Source: Amoebidium appalachense
Lineage: Eukaryota > Protista > Ichthyosporea
Assembly (NCBI GenBank): GCA_963693365.1
Contig: CAVNZM010000008.1
Location: 10,738,764 to 10,802,763 of the forward strand
Direction of reading: 5' to 3'
DNA length: 64,000 bases
Made by a program: the position numbers and the translations under genes
Notes under the pieces: model-generated
Told to the model about the DNA's origin: nothing
What the model saw: the letters and a program-made list of their open reading frames with translations, nothing else
Database searches by the model: none
Part shown: one piece after another, positions 46,026 to 60,078 of the stretch
Numbering within the stretch: position 1 is the stretch's first letter
How the letters are laid out: every line of letters starts with the position of its first letter

Positions 46026-46394
46026 TCGTGAGGCGGGGGCCCCGGGGGCCAGGGAGGGGGGGGGGGCCGGGGGGAGAGGGGAGAGGGAGGTAACAACCAC
46101 ACAACCCAACATCAATAACTGTCCCGTTATGTTTTGGCGCCGGCGACAGCCGGCGCACAGACCTACTTGTACACTCTACTTAGAAGACCAAAGGCATCCC
46201 ACTTTTGCCAGAATATACAACAATAGTGCACGAGTTGGCATATGTATTTCGCACGCACGTGCAAAGCACGATTCTTCATTAGTTGCGCATCTTTGGTTTA
46301 CACAGGTTGCACGAGCACATAGCATACATAGTTAGGTACGAATAACATAAGGGGAAGGGTGTGTGGGTGCCTCAACCCCTCTCCCCCGCCCTCC

Positions 46395-46445
<51 letters not shown>

Positions 46446-46648
46446 GGAGAGGGCCCAGGGTAGGTTGCGCACTGCTGATGCCCGATGATTTAATGAAGAA
46501 GCATGCACATCTCACCAGTGTCCCCTTCCTCCCCCTCCCCCCACTCCCCCCCCCCTCCTCCGTCCCCCTCCACCTACGGGGGTTGTGGGAGGGTGCGCAC
46601 TGAGATGCCAAGTCGGGATCCAGAGCAGAAGCGTGCGAGGCTCCCGGA

Positions 46649-46696
<48 letters not shown>

Positions 46697-47083
46697 CTCC
46701 TCCTCCTCCTCCCCCCACCCCCACCCCCCGGGTGGGAGGTTGCACACTGAGATCCCATGAACCGATGGGAAGAGGCATGCGCATCACTCGGTCCCCCCCC
46801 CCTCCCCCCCCCCCCCCCCCCCCCCCAACCACCACCACCAACATCACCACCACCAAGCATTCATGGACACACACGTCACACACACACATTGACAAAGCCC
46901 AGATTGAGAAGCGAAGGGGGATGTTGGAGTTAGGTAGGTAAAAGAAAGTACAATGCAGTGCCTGTAATGCATAGGAACCACCAACCTCATGATAACATCA
47001 CATTCGATGATTTGATGATGGCCATGGCAAACGACTCGTAAAAAATTAGTAACACAGCTGTCCGAAGGCTCAGTGGTGCGCCT

Positions 47084-47646
47084 TATGATGCACCAGGTCT
47101 ATACAGCTGTCTAAACAACCATGATTTTCGATCGCTTACCCCGATCGCTATTGGAATGCTACGCGGGTGGGAAAGGTGTCTATCGATAGAGCTCGACAAG
47201 ATAAAGATATTCCCCGGTCAAAATTTGATATCGTTTTTCTTTCCTGATAAAAATGTAAAAAATACTTACTAGTTGACGAAAATTATTGGCAAATCTTTGG
47301 AAAATCAATAACAATCCATAGGGGTATAGTACCGCAATGAAAACCTCGGGCGACTCAGCTCAAATAGATCTTGTGATCGTCCGGATAAGATTTTTGAAAA
47401 AAAAATTATTTCTCAAAAAAATTTGTCACGCACCAAGGCTCGAACGAATTCTTGGCGAACCCGACTGATCTTTATGCAAAAAAGAGTGAAAAAATAACCA
47501 TGGTAAGTTTTGTTTTGAGTTAGCTACAGTTCCTTGCGTAACTTGGGGCGTGGATCAAATTGCCGGTCTCCGCTTGAAAAAATCTTTCTTCTAATCAAAG
47601 TTATTGGCCGAAAACCTGTACAGGTCTATAGTCCCGGTGCATCATA
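47084..47646. mobile_element. Non-autonomous DNA transposon (about 560 bp) with about 20-bp TIRs, possible TA TSD
   Basis: TATGATGCACCAGGTCTATA ... TATAGTCCCGGTGCATCATA (18/20 inverted match). AT-rich, non-coding interior. Confidence 0.7.
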
Positions 47647-49078
47647 CTCCAATCGATAACATCAAACAGGCGATAAAATGACGTCGTTCTGCGCATGTTT
47701 CAGACGCACAGCGACCCTCAAACAACTCAAAATGAGATCCGCATGGGTGTGTTGTGTTGATGGTTTCCCCTCTTTAGTTGTCTGGTCGGAGTGTCTCGAA
47801 TAGATCACCTGTCTCTGTGATAGCTCGGTCTTGTATTTGCTGTCTGTGTAAGTGGATTTACAAGCAATTGCTGGTAAAGGCAAGGATTTCTTCTGATTGC
47901 TTGTGTTTCGAGTTCACTGGGGTTCAATGTTTCGCTGTAAAAACACGCGAATACAGTGGAAGATCCTATATGGCTTGCCATATTTCAGTTCAATTTGTGG
48001 TTATCCGTAAGCGTCCACTTAGCAGCCCGGGTTTCCGTTGAGCAGATCTAAACGTCAAGCAATAGAGAACAGAGTCCGCACCGACCGAAACGGCCGGCCT
48101 ACCCTGACAAATGCAGCTTCACAAATGGGGTTTCTTGTTAGGTGGGTGATGTTTTACTGGCAGTCACAAGTTGAACCATCTTTTGCACCGAATCAAAGGG
48201 CGGGAACATCCACCTGCATCATTGTGCTCTAAATAAATGTAGGGATTGGAGGGGTGTACGCGCAAGTTAGCGAGGTAGAACCCGTGATGAGAGGAAGAAG
48301 CAGGAAAATAGTGGAGTGGGTGGGAGGAGAACGGGAGCGACTATGCGAAATTGTGTTGGTTGTTGGTATAGCATGAAATAGGGGGAATACAGTTACTTGT
48401 GAGGCAGCAGAAACCCGAAGCTGTCTCTCAAAACGTAGCGATAAAAACTCGAGATTGCTTCATGGATGAGAGTTGTGGAATTAGCACGCACAGCATGTCT
48501 GCGCTGATCCGTCATGGCTGTACACTCTAATCGGGTCAAGCGGGTCGATGCCGTCATGGCTGTACACTCTAATCGGGTCAAGCGGGTCGATGTGTAAGGG
48601 TGCACCTCCTCTGACCTGGCCTGTCCATAACCAAAACATCCCGTTATATGACTACACACCGGCCATTATTTTAATCCAAGGGCCTTCCTTGTTCGAAATC
48701 CGAGCACCAGTACATGGGGGTAGGTTAGTGAAAGGAGTACTTCTGATGACGGGGGATGGGTGAGATGGGAGTGGGGAGAGGGTAAAGCCGGCGAGTATGG
48801 AGGGTTAATAAGGGGCGGAGGGGGGGGGGGGGGGGGGGGGGGGAGGAGAAATGTTGGAGGGGGTACTAATTCTATACCAAGAATGTTTGTCTGCGCTCTC
48901 TGAAACACCTGCCTAGAAGTCCTCAGCAAATTTACAACACAATTTTCTCATTTCTCGGTACTGTCTTTCCCTCAGAAAACAGCCGTGGTGATCAGAGTAG
49001 GCATTCCGGCACGTTTTCCTCGCACATTCACCATTACTGTGACAACCTAGAGTTTCATGTTGCACTCCCCATGCACAG

Positions 49079-49232
49079 GTGTGCTTTGTGGCAGCCAGGT
49101 GTCAGCCCAGGGCTGGGGTGCCCGTCTAGTAGTGCTCACGCAGAGGAATGACAGCTACCCGTTTGGCTGTGCACAGGCTGCCTTTGGGGGCCCCCTTTCA
49201 GACAAGGGCTACGCTGCCGCATTTCTGGTTCC

Positions 49233-49292
<60 letters not shown>

Positions 49293-49606
49293 GTGTGCCT
49301 TTAAAAAGTGTATCAAATGTCGACCCCCCCTTCTCCCCCCCCCCCCCCCCCCCCCCTTCTCGGCCACACCGGCACCACCACCACCACGCACTCACACGCC
49401 TCCCACATCCTTCCCTAGTTCTTGCTGTCATGCGCGACTCACCCAATACCACACACCTAAATTATTCGTTACCCTCCCCCCCCCTACCCCCCCCCCCCCC
49501 CCCCCAACTGGGAAATCCTTTACCTTTCTTTCGTCTTCTATGTCGTGCTTTGCTTTCGTCTTTTCTCTTACCCTTGTACGTAAGTACCCCCCTCCCCCCC
49601 CTTATA

Positions 49607-49646
<40 letters not shown>

Positions 49647-50275
49647 CTCCCTCCCCAAAGGGAAAAAAAAAAGGAAAGAAAGAAAAAAAAGAAAAAAGAA
49701 GAAAGAAAAGGAAGTCAGCCCTTTTTTTTAAAGTGATGGTAGTGGTGGTGTGTGTGTGTGTGTGTGGGAGGGGTGGGCGGGCGGGTGGGTGGGTGGGTTG
49801 GGGGGGAGGGGGGAGGGGGGTGGAGGGTCCTTCATACTGTATAACACATTTTAACCTCCCCTCCTTCCCCCCCTCCGCCCCCCGTTCCCCCCTCCACCTG
49901 GCCCTCCCTCGTGGTTGTGGTTCTGAAAACCATCAATAGTGGATTTGCTTTCTCCTACAATCTGCCCTATTCTATTCCCCATCCCCGCCTTACCTCGCTT
50001 GCAAACTCTTTCCCTGATTCCTTCTCCCATTCCCTCCCACACCACCACCACCATCGGCTGCATACCCCCCCCCCCCCCCCCCCCTCCTAGGCCACCACCG
50101 CATGTCTATCTGAATGCTACCAAATATGGTCATAGTGCTGACCCACCTGCCTTATTAGGCAGGTAACCCCTACGACGGCTGCTCATCGCTTGAGAATGTG
50201 ACGGGGAGCATTGTTCTGGTCACACGTGGCAACTGTGATTTTGTTACAAAGGCACGCCATGTGCAGGTGTTCACT

Positions 50276-50306
<31 letters not shown>

Positions 50307-52813
50307 TCCCCTTTGCCCCCGCCGGCGGCCTCCTTCCCTCCTCTTTCCCCTCCCCCCCTTGCAGCCCTTATCCCCGCTCCCCTCTCCTCCCCTATCCGTC
50401 TCCGGTACCGACACAAACACACAAGAAAAAAGAAAAAGGGAATCACCGCAAAGTGGCATGCCTGTAATCGATTTCAATGACCAGGGGGTGAAGGGGGGCT
50501 CATACTAAACACACAGTAGATGTATACACCCTAAATGTGCAAAGGTCTACTCTGAAACTGAATAGCGTTATTACAAATATAATTTGCCAAGCGTTGGTCC
50601 AATAGCTATCTACTCTACATGTCACACGAAATCTGTCGTAAACCTAGCCAAAATTGACGTTCACACAATTATTTAAAATCACACCCAAGCATACACCCTA
50701 GACCATGCACGTGTTCACCACCACATTTACACCCCTAACAGGTAGATGTGTCGGCCATTACATTTCCATCACTTTACGCAACCCACTGCCTGTCTTGTTC
50801 TCACTAATTAGTATCGAACACCCACAACTCGCACCCCCCTCCCCCCCCCCCCCCCTCCCCCCCCCCCCTCCCCTCCCCCCCTTTCCCCCTCCCTCCCCCT
50901 TCTCCACCTTCTCACCCAGGATGGGCTCTGCTAATGATACACACTGACTGTGTGCCTTGCCGTCTGCATTTGATGTCCGAATGAAAGTGCAGGCACTTCG
51001 TCCCCTGTAACACAGTCTAACCCCGTCCCCTCCCCCCCCCCCCCCCCCCCCCCCCCGGCCGCCCAACTTTCCTCCCGGCCCACCTTTTTCCCTTTTCCCC
51101 CCACGTCCCCCTTTCCCCCCTTATGTCCCCCTCCCCCCCCCCCCCCCCCCCCCCAAATTTCCCTCTCCCCCCCCCCCCCCCCCCTAACACGGATTTCCTC
51201 CTTCTCTCTCTCTCCCTCCCCCCCCCCCCCCCCCCCCCCCCCGGTGCGCGTTTCCCCTATTCCCCCTCCCCCCTCCCCCCGGTTTCCCACCCTTTTTTCC
51301 CACATGCAGAGGGCCGGTGGTGTCGGGATGGTAGTAGCAGACGAAGTAGACGGGCCCCTTGTGATCATGAACCCCAAGGGGGGCCCAGCCAGGGACATCA
51401 GCATACCGTGTGTGTTTGTGAGCAAGCGGGATGGCAATCTGATACGTGACATGATCAAGGGCCAGCTGTACGAGGCTGATGTGGTTGGTGGCTACCCCCC
51501 CTCTTCCCCCTGCCTCCCTCTCCCCTCTCCATCTGCCCCCTTTTCTTCCCCTCGCCTTCCCCACGCTGAATCCCCCCCCCCCCCCCCTCGGCAACTCCCC
51601 CGGGAACCCTTATCCTTTGGCACTGACGATTTGGCCGTTAACCAGCCAACACAAAAGCACAGTGACGCACACATCTATGCATGCACACGCATATGGACAC
51701 ACACATCTATGCATGCACACGCATATTGACACACACATCTATGCATGCACACGCATATGGACACACACACACACGTGGGGGCACACATGCACACAAACAC
51801 ACCCGCAGCATGCACACACAAGCTTGCACCCACACACAAACCAGATACATCCACACACTACAACCATACCCGTTTATAGCAGGCAGGTGTGCTGAAACGG
51901 AAACATGCACACACATACACACTCACACTCACACTCACACACACACTCGCACACTCACACACTCAAACCCACAAGCACACATCCATCCCTGATCCCTCTT
52001 TTCAACACATGACCAGAGCGGGCAAAGGCCAATCACATATGATCCGTATCCCCCGCCCTCGCCCCCTCCCTCCCTCCCCCTCCCCCCCCCCTCTCCCCCC
52101 CCCCCCGTCCCCCCCCCCCCCCCCCCCCTCCCTCTCCCCTCTCCCGCTCACCTTCTCCCTCTCACCTCCCCCCCCCCCCCCCCCCCCCCCTGCCCATCCC
52201 CTTCCAACCATTCTACCACGACAATGATCACTTGGCTGATTATTCCAGCCGTTCCCTGTGTCCTCCCAGCAATTTGCCCTTCAGCCTGATCATTGTTCTG
52301 GGTGTATGTTCTATCTGTCTCCGGCACTTTCCTTTCCTTATAGCCACATGGGTACTCTTTGTGTGTGCTGATTAGAACAATGTCGCGTAGTGCTGTTTCC
52401 CGTGGATGTGTACTGCACAGTCTGAAGACATCCTATCCCCCCCCCCATAGGAACCCCCCTGATGATGGGCTCTGTTCAAGTGTCTTTTGCCTGCACACTT
52501 ACTTTTGATTTCGGGTTTCTCATTTTTGTGACGTTCAGCCGTGCATAGGGATCCTGTATGCCGCACGGTGGGGCATGGGGTGGCCTGCGTTTGTGCTGCC
52601 GTTCATTGTGATCTTTGTAGTCTGCATCTTCCTGCTGGGCTCCTTCCTGGTCTACAGGCACAGGACTCAGAGCTACTTGATGCTGGTGTGTGTGTGTGGG
52701 TGGGTGTGTGTGTGTGTGCGTGTGTGTGTGTATGTGGGTGTGTCGTTGTGTGCGTGTGTGCGTGTGTGTGTGTATGTGTGTGTGTGTGCGTAGGGGGGCT
52801 GGGGGGAGTGGGG

Positions 52814-52898
<85 letters not shown>

Positions 52899-52905
52899 TG
52901 TGTAC

Positions 52906-52949
<44 letters not shown>

Positions 52950-52957
52950 TGTGTACA

Positions 52958-52988
<31 letters not shown>

Positions 52989-53771
52989 GTGTACACGTGC
53001 TCGTGCATGTGTGTGCACGCCTGCATGTACAGGTGTGTATGTTTGGGCGTGTGTGTTTGTGTGGGTGCCTGTGTGTCGGGGTACCTGTGTGTCTGTGTGT
53101 GCTTGTGTGGGTGCCTGTGTGTCGGGGTACCTGTGTGTCTGTGTGTGTTTGTGTGGGTGCCTGTGTGTCGGGGTACCTGTGTGTCTGTGTGTGTTTGTGT
53201 GGGTGCCTGTGTGTCGGGGTACCTGTGTGTCTGTGTGTGTTTGTGTGGGTGCCTGTGTGTCGGGGTACCTGTGTGTCTGTGTGTGTTTGTGTGGGTGCCT
53301 GTGTGTCGGGGTACCTGTGTGTCTGTGTGTGTTTGTGTGGGTGTTTGTGTGTTCAATGGGGGGAGAAGGTGGTGTATGTGTATGTGTGTTTATGTGTGCG
53401 TGTGTGTGCGTCTGTGCGCATGCGTGCATGTGGCTGTGTATGTGTGTGCACGCGCACATGTGTGTATGTGGATGGGTGTGTGCTCGTGCATGTGTGTTTG
53501 TATACGTGTCTGTGTGTCTGTGCACCTGTGGGTCTGTCCGTCTGTGTGTGTGTGTGTGTGTTCAATGGCGGGGAGGGGGGGTGTTTGCACATGATTGTAA
53601 GCATTCACAGTCACAAACTATCTGACCACCGTGCCCCCTCCCCATAGCCGAGTTTTGGAGGTGGACCCTTGCCATCATCAGCTCCTGTAAGCAACCCCCT
53701 TCCCCAAAACACACACACACACACGCCGCACACACACGCACACGCACACGCACACGCACACGCACACGCAC

Positions 53772-53860
<89 letters not shown>

Positions 53861-54006
53861 TGTTATACACCTATTCCACCCCACACCCATGCACACACAG
53901 GCACACAATCACTCTCACTTACTCTCCTTCACATGCACACACACATGCACACACATCCACACGCACGTGCGTGTGCGCACCTGCACGACTGCGCGCGTGC
54001 ACACAC

Positions 54007-54090
<84 letters not shown>

Positions 54091-54167
54091 CACCCTAAGG
54101 TTATCCCGACATTGTTGCATGATCGACGTGTATCTCGATACTTCGTACTGTTCAAAATTCCTTCCCC

Positions 54168-54248
<81 letters not shown>

Positions 54249-54647
54249 CCCAAAAAAAACAAAAAAAAAACAAAAAAAAACTTAAAAGTTGTTGGTCTGC
54301 TCATCACCCTCCCCTCCCCTCTCTGCGACCCACACCCACACACAAGCTTCAACACCTCCCCGCTTGCCCTTTCTTTTTGCGCCGGACCACCGCCTTTCCA
54401 TTTTTGAGGTTTTCTCCCAAACACAATGTATTCTGATGACATTTCCTCCCCCTTTGTCATAAACATTCGCCACGTACATGCATGTTTCTCTTCACAATAA
54501 GTTGCCAATCCCCACCTCCCCATACATCGATCAAGATCCTGTGCACACCCATCCCTTTTCCCTTTTCCCCACCACCATATTCATTCCCTAGCACTTCCCA
54601 CACAGTCACACACAAATAGAGATTGTCGTCCCCCGTCCCCCCCCTTC

Positions 54648-54678
<31 letters not shown>

Positions 54679-55270
54679 ACCCTTTTTTCCTCCATCGACT
54701 GCCCTTTGTGGCAATGCACCAAACCGAGGGGAAAAGGTTGCAGTGAGTAAAAGCAGGTTAAAGTTGCCTTTTTCTATAGGCACAAACTGATTGGTCCGTT
54801 ACCATTTAATCAGGAAACCGCCACGAGAGAGGAGATCGACACTCTGCCGTACCAGAAACCCTCCGCAGACACATGCTCAATATGCCTTGAGGTTGGTGAA
54901 TCCAATCCCCCCTCCCCCCACTCCCCACCCCCCTCATCTTCCCCCCTCCCCCCCCTCCCCCCTGCCCGAATACTGCATCATGTTTTGTGCTGCATACTTC
55001 TTTGCATTCCCCCCCCCCCCCCCCCCAATGGGGGGGCACCCACCCACCTCTTCCTCCCCCCCCCCTCTCCTCCCCCCTCCCCCCCACCTTTGCGGAGGCA
55101 TAGGAACCCCCCTGATGATGGGCTCTGTTCAAGTGTCTTCTGCCTGCACAGTTACTTTGTTTGATTTCGGGTTTCTCATTTTTGTGACGTTTTGTTGTTG
55201 CTTTTTGCTGTCTCCTCCATATTTCCAACCCTCTAACGCATACATCAGCCCCCCCCTCTCTCTCTCTCTC

Positions 55271-55309
<39 letters not shown>

Positions 55310-55518
55310 TATCGCATACATATTGCCACATAAAGCATTATCATTATTACTGTTGTTGGTAGTGTTGTCGTGTATGTGTGTTTGGGGGAGGGAGGGAGGG
55401 AGAGAGGGGGGGGGTAGTTCACCGATTCTGACGGTTTTTTTTTTGGTTCTCTGTCAGGACTTCGAGGGAACTGAATTCGTTCGGGTGCTGGCATGTGGGC
55501 ATGGTAATCCCAATCCCC

Positions 55519-55559
<41 letters not shown>

Positions 55560-55729
55560 AAAAAAAAAAAAAAAAACTGGTGTGGTTGACCAGTAATATT
55601 TTTTTCCGCTCTCTTCAACGACTGCTAGCCCCCCCCCCCCCCCCCCCCCCCTTCTCCCCCAAGCCCCCTCTCCCTTCCCTGCTTCCTCTTTGCGTTTCTG
55701 ATTGTTGCCTTCTGCCTGCCTGTTTACAT

Positions 55730-55765
<36 letters not shown>

Positions 55766-56782
55766 GACCCCTCGACTCTCCACCCTTGCTTTCCCAATAA
55801 TTGCCTTCTGCCTGCCTATATACATGTATCTCATCCCCTCCCCCCACCCCCTCCCCCCTCTCAAACTGGCGCCGCTGGCACCCGTCCCTCCATTACCACT
55901 CTCCTCTTCCACTCCATGTTAAGACCTTATTAACTGATCTTCATCTCCTCGCCACACACACACACACACGCTATTTCTTCGTCCTTCTACGCCCTTCCAC
56001 CCATTGCTTCCACCCCCTTCCGCAGAGTTCCACACTGGCTGTGTAGACCGCTGGCTGGCCACCCGTCGTCGCACCTGCCCTGTGTGCAAAAGAGACGCCA
56101 TAAAAGCGCACATAGAGTCTACCCCCCTCCTTGCACCCACCCGCAGGTCTGCACAGACATCGCCTGAACAATCTTCTTCTCTGCCTGGGAGGATATTGGC
56201 TGCTTTGAGGTATGGTCACTAGGACAACCTCCTTCCCCTTCTGCCCTTCCCCACATACATATGTAGACACACGCACGCACGTACACGCACGCTTGCACGC
56301 ACACACACACTGGCACACACACTGGCACACACACTGGCACACACAGATGCACATGAGCGCAGGCACACAATACACTCACACAAAGCCCCACATAAAGGTT
56401 GCCCCCCCCTCCCTCCCCCCTCCCTCTTTTCCTTCGTCCTCACACATGTGTGTGTGCGTGAATCAGTGCGCACTTGGGTGCGTGTGTGCCAGTGCATGCG
56501 TGCGTGAGAGAATGAGGGGAGGGGAGGAGGGAGGAAGGTTACATGTGTGTGTAGTGTGCATTGCAAACTCGGGATAATCAGCAACACACTGACCTAACAT
56601 CTAAACTGAAGGAGACCACAGCAACAGGCTGGGAGCATTCAGAGCCTGTTCATATACAACCCCCCTGCGGCGACACCATGAACATGCCCTCCTCCTCCCC
56701 CCCCTCCCCCTCCCCCCCCTCCCCCATCCTCTTCCCCCCTCCCCCTCCTCCGGAGGTGTGTGGACACGCACGCAGAACCTAA
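49079..56782 (+). CDS. RNF13: PA-TM-RING-H2 E3 ubiquitin ligase (RNF13/RNF167/Goliath family); first exon not resolved
   Basis: Exons: QAAFGGPL (49079-49227); [31 protein letters not shown] (~50159-50266); [10 protein letters not shown]...[13 protein letters not shown] (~51310-51480); [24 protein letters not shown] (~52549-52685); DTCSICLE (~54814-54891) / [15 protein letters not shown] (55458-55503) / [22 protein letters not shown] (56026-56209). Confidence 0.9.
52447..52535 (+). repeat. Interspersed repeat of about 90 bp (second copy ~55100-55191)
   Basis: ATAGGAACCCCCCTGATGATGGGCTCTGTTCAAGTGTCTT...TTTGATTTCGGGTTTCTCATTTTTGTGACGTT occurs in two introns of the RING gene. Confidence 0.85.
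53057..53342. repeat. 46-bp minisatellite, about 6 copies
   Basis: TTGTGTGGGTGCCTGTGTGTCGGGGTACCTGTGTGTCTGTGTGTGT starting at 53057, 53103, 53149, 53195, 53241 and 53287. Confidence 0.9.
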
Positions 56783-57136
56783 TGCTAGAAGGTTTTTCCC
56801 TCTTCCAAAACGCGCAAGATCTTGAACCATGCAGCAAAAGGCATTTCAATTTCACGCCATGTAGTTAGCATGTGATCATTCGTCTTACTTAATAACCAAA
56901 CGAATGCAAAGTTTTGTTTGCCCCATGAATACGCGTCTTCGTTTCTTTCGTTTTTTTCGAACTTGGAGTATGTTTGGTTTGGTTCACTTTGGGATTTGAG
57001 TTCGTACTTAAGGCACATGTTATCCATGAGGCCCTAAGTTTCCTTAGCTCTGATTCTGGTGTGTGTAGGACGTGCGACGGCAAAACAAACGGACTGTTAA
57101 CGCGCGTGGACGACTTTTTACACGATATGTTTTGAT

Positions 57137-57300
57137 TTTTCTCGGAGTATCCCCTCAGCGGTATATCATGATCAAGTACATAGATGTCGGGTGATGGTTA
57201 TATATCAGGGTTTACTTTCTCTACGAGGGACCATAATATTCATCACCCGACAACTATCTGCCTGATCATGATATAACGCTGAGGGGATATACCGAGCAAA
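57137..57300. repeat. Imperfect inverted repeat (about 60-bp arms, 44-nt spacer) between the convergent RING and WD40 genes
   Basis: CTCGGAGTATCCCCTCAGCGGTATATCATGATCA...GTCGGGTGATG / CATCACCCGAC...TGATCATGATATAACGCTGAGGGGATATACCGAG. Confidence 0.85.
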
Positions 57301-57566
57301 ATTTTAAACTCCCCCGATACCTGAGACTGGTCTCTCATTGCCTCGAGTAAACAACGTAAACCCCCATCTATATTATTGGTGTCTGTGTTTCCCATTGCCT
57401 GTTGGATGGTGCTCGTGTGAATTACCCGTGAATACAACACAAAAAACGATGAAATCAAGTCTTGATCATGAACATGCCTGTTGGAGATACCTGCTATCTT
57501 TTTGTTGGTGGCTGGAGTCCCAATAGTGTCTGCCCCTTCCCCCCCTCCCCCCCCCCCCCCCCCGGC

Positions 57567-57608
<42 letters not shown>

Positions 57609-57612
57609 ACGC

Positions 57613-57774
<162 letters not shown>

Positions 57775-58601
57775 CAGCAGCAAAGAAATGCTGTACAGGC
57801 TCAAGCTTTCCTTATCTCATTAGACACCATCCCATGCCCCGCTTTTAAATTAACCGTGGCGTTTAAAACAGAGTCAACACACGTGTGCATAGCATGCACG
57901 TCGTGCTCACGTATAGACACATCGTGGGACACACAAATGCGCGCACGTGCGCAAATCATACACAAAAAATGTCACACACAATACACGCACAAAAAGAACA
58001 CACACACGGACAGAGCACACAACGGCGCATATGATGCATCCGCATGCACAGATGGTCATGCATGCTTCAAGTTGATATATTCTCGTGGAAATTACACACT
58101 CAGCGCTCAGCGCTAGCCCCCCCCCCTCTCCCCCCACACACACACCCGCCCACCCAAAAAAAAGAAAAGAAAAAGGAACCCCCCCCCCCCCCCCCCCCCC
58201 CGGCCCCCGGGAAAGAAAAAAGAAAAAAAAAGGGGGGGGCAAAAAAACACACCAGTAGGCCACTTCGACCACTTTCTGAATGTGCCGGTCATACGGCCAC
58301 TACAACTAGTTAGCCAAACAAGATAATTATTATAACCAGTCCGTGTGGTGTTACACTTTTAACCAGGCAACCTGATTGGTGAACGGAAGAGGCACCAGGC
58401 ACTCGTGCTATTCCTTTAATTAACTGCCCTGCTACACTAGCTGCAGGGCTCCCACCTAGGTGCCACATGGGACATGTGGCGTGTTGTGTAATGTGTGATA
58501 TTTCATCACTACAAAATCAAAAATATTCACAAAAATCAAATTTTAAACGTAAGCTTCATGGCTTCCGAATCGTCTAAAAAGGTGCACCCTCATGCATGAT
58601 G

Positions 58602-58657
<56 letters not shown>

Positions 58658-59001
58658 CCTCCCCTTTTCCTGGGCCAAAAAAACAAAAAAACAAAAAAAA
58701 AAAACATTAATACCACCATTACAAACTACAAAGCATTCGAAACAAACAAACAAACAAACACAAAAAAAAAAACAAAAAAAAACGCAAGGATCATCAAAAA
58801 CCATGCTAAAAAACTATAAAAAAGAAACCGTGTGGAACAGTTACTACAAAAACCCCTCGATTAACACTAGGCAATGCGAGTGGGAAAGAGCACAGAAAGA
58901 GATTGATCATGCACACATCCGATTCCCTCCACCACCCCAACCCCTCTACTCTTAGATCACGAGTCACCATATCTCGTGCTATTGCCACTCAAGCTGTTCA
59001 A

Positions 59002-59908
59002 TTAGTTTCGAACCACCCGCTTCGGGCCGGGAGACCGATCATCCCTTCGACCCGAGCCCGTTTGTGCCTGTTCTCCATGCGGCACCACCACATCAAAGTT
59101 AAACAGAGATATAGTCTTATCAAAACTACTGCTCACAATAGTACACGGGTCAAGATCTATACATATGGTCCCTAGGCGCGGGCCACCGGAGGGTATGATA
59201 ACGTGACACTCAAACGTTGGTGCCTCCCATACACGCATGCCGTCTCTCCCTCCACTTACTATGCGTCGAAGCCAATTGTTGCTACCGTAGCCCGTGTGAA
59301 GCATTTGCACACTCCACACCTGATCATGAAGGGAAAAATGGTTTAGAGAAGAAACCAAAATGACGGGTGATTGTTGCACACGTTGGGGGAAGGCATGAGG
59401 TAGATGTGCATGCTCCAGCCTACGTATAGTTGTCCGTTCAAACCGGAGGATTATTTTCGTTAGATTTATTGTGCGTTTTTACTCATTCGTACACGTGGTT
59501 GTGCCTTGTACATGCTGGCAGGCAGGCGGGCCGGGGTGGAGGGAGGGGAGGTGGATGGGTTGCTGGGGGGGTGCGTGGATGGGTGGATGGGGGGGCGTTC
59601 CAGGTGGTGGTGGTGGTTTTGGTGGTGGTGGTGGTAGGGGGGGGGGGGGGGGAAGGGAGGGCTATTATGAAGGGAGCGGGGGAGGGAGGGAGAGAGGGGC
59701 CCCAGGGGACAGGGTCCAAGGGGGAGAGGGGAACGGGGGAAGTGAGGGGGTATAAGCCAACATACCTCCTGTTCGTGACCCCTCAGTATGTGTGAGCACA
59801 GGCCCGTGTGCCTGTCCCAGATGCGCACGGTGGCATCCTCCGACCCACTCACCACCTGCACACGGTCAAACCGCACACACCGCACACCCTGCACACACAG
59901 AGGTTAGA

Positions 59909-59942
<34 letters not shown>

Positions 59943-60046
59943 CGTGGGTGCAGGGTTGGAAAAACAACAGCAATGTGTAATTTCCATTAGGAAAATCAAT
60001 GTGAAATGGTAATATGTAAGCCGGCACATACCCAGATTTGGACTTC

Positions 60047-60078
<32 letters not shown>

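Noticed and set aside
50143-50159. 17-bp match CCACCTGCCTTATTAGG also at 61451-61467
   Set aside because: It is an isolated match at splice boundaries of unrelated genes on opposite strands with no flanking homology, so probably chance.
53057-53342. Regularly spaced repeats as a CRISPR-like array
   Set aside because: The units are contiguous with no unique spacers, in a eukaryotic intron with no cas genes. It is an ordinary minisatellite.
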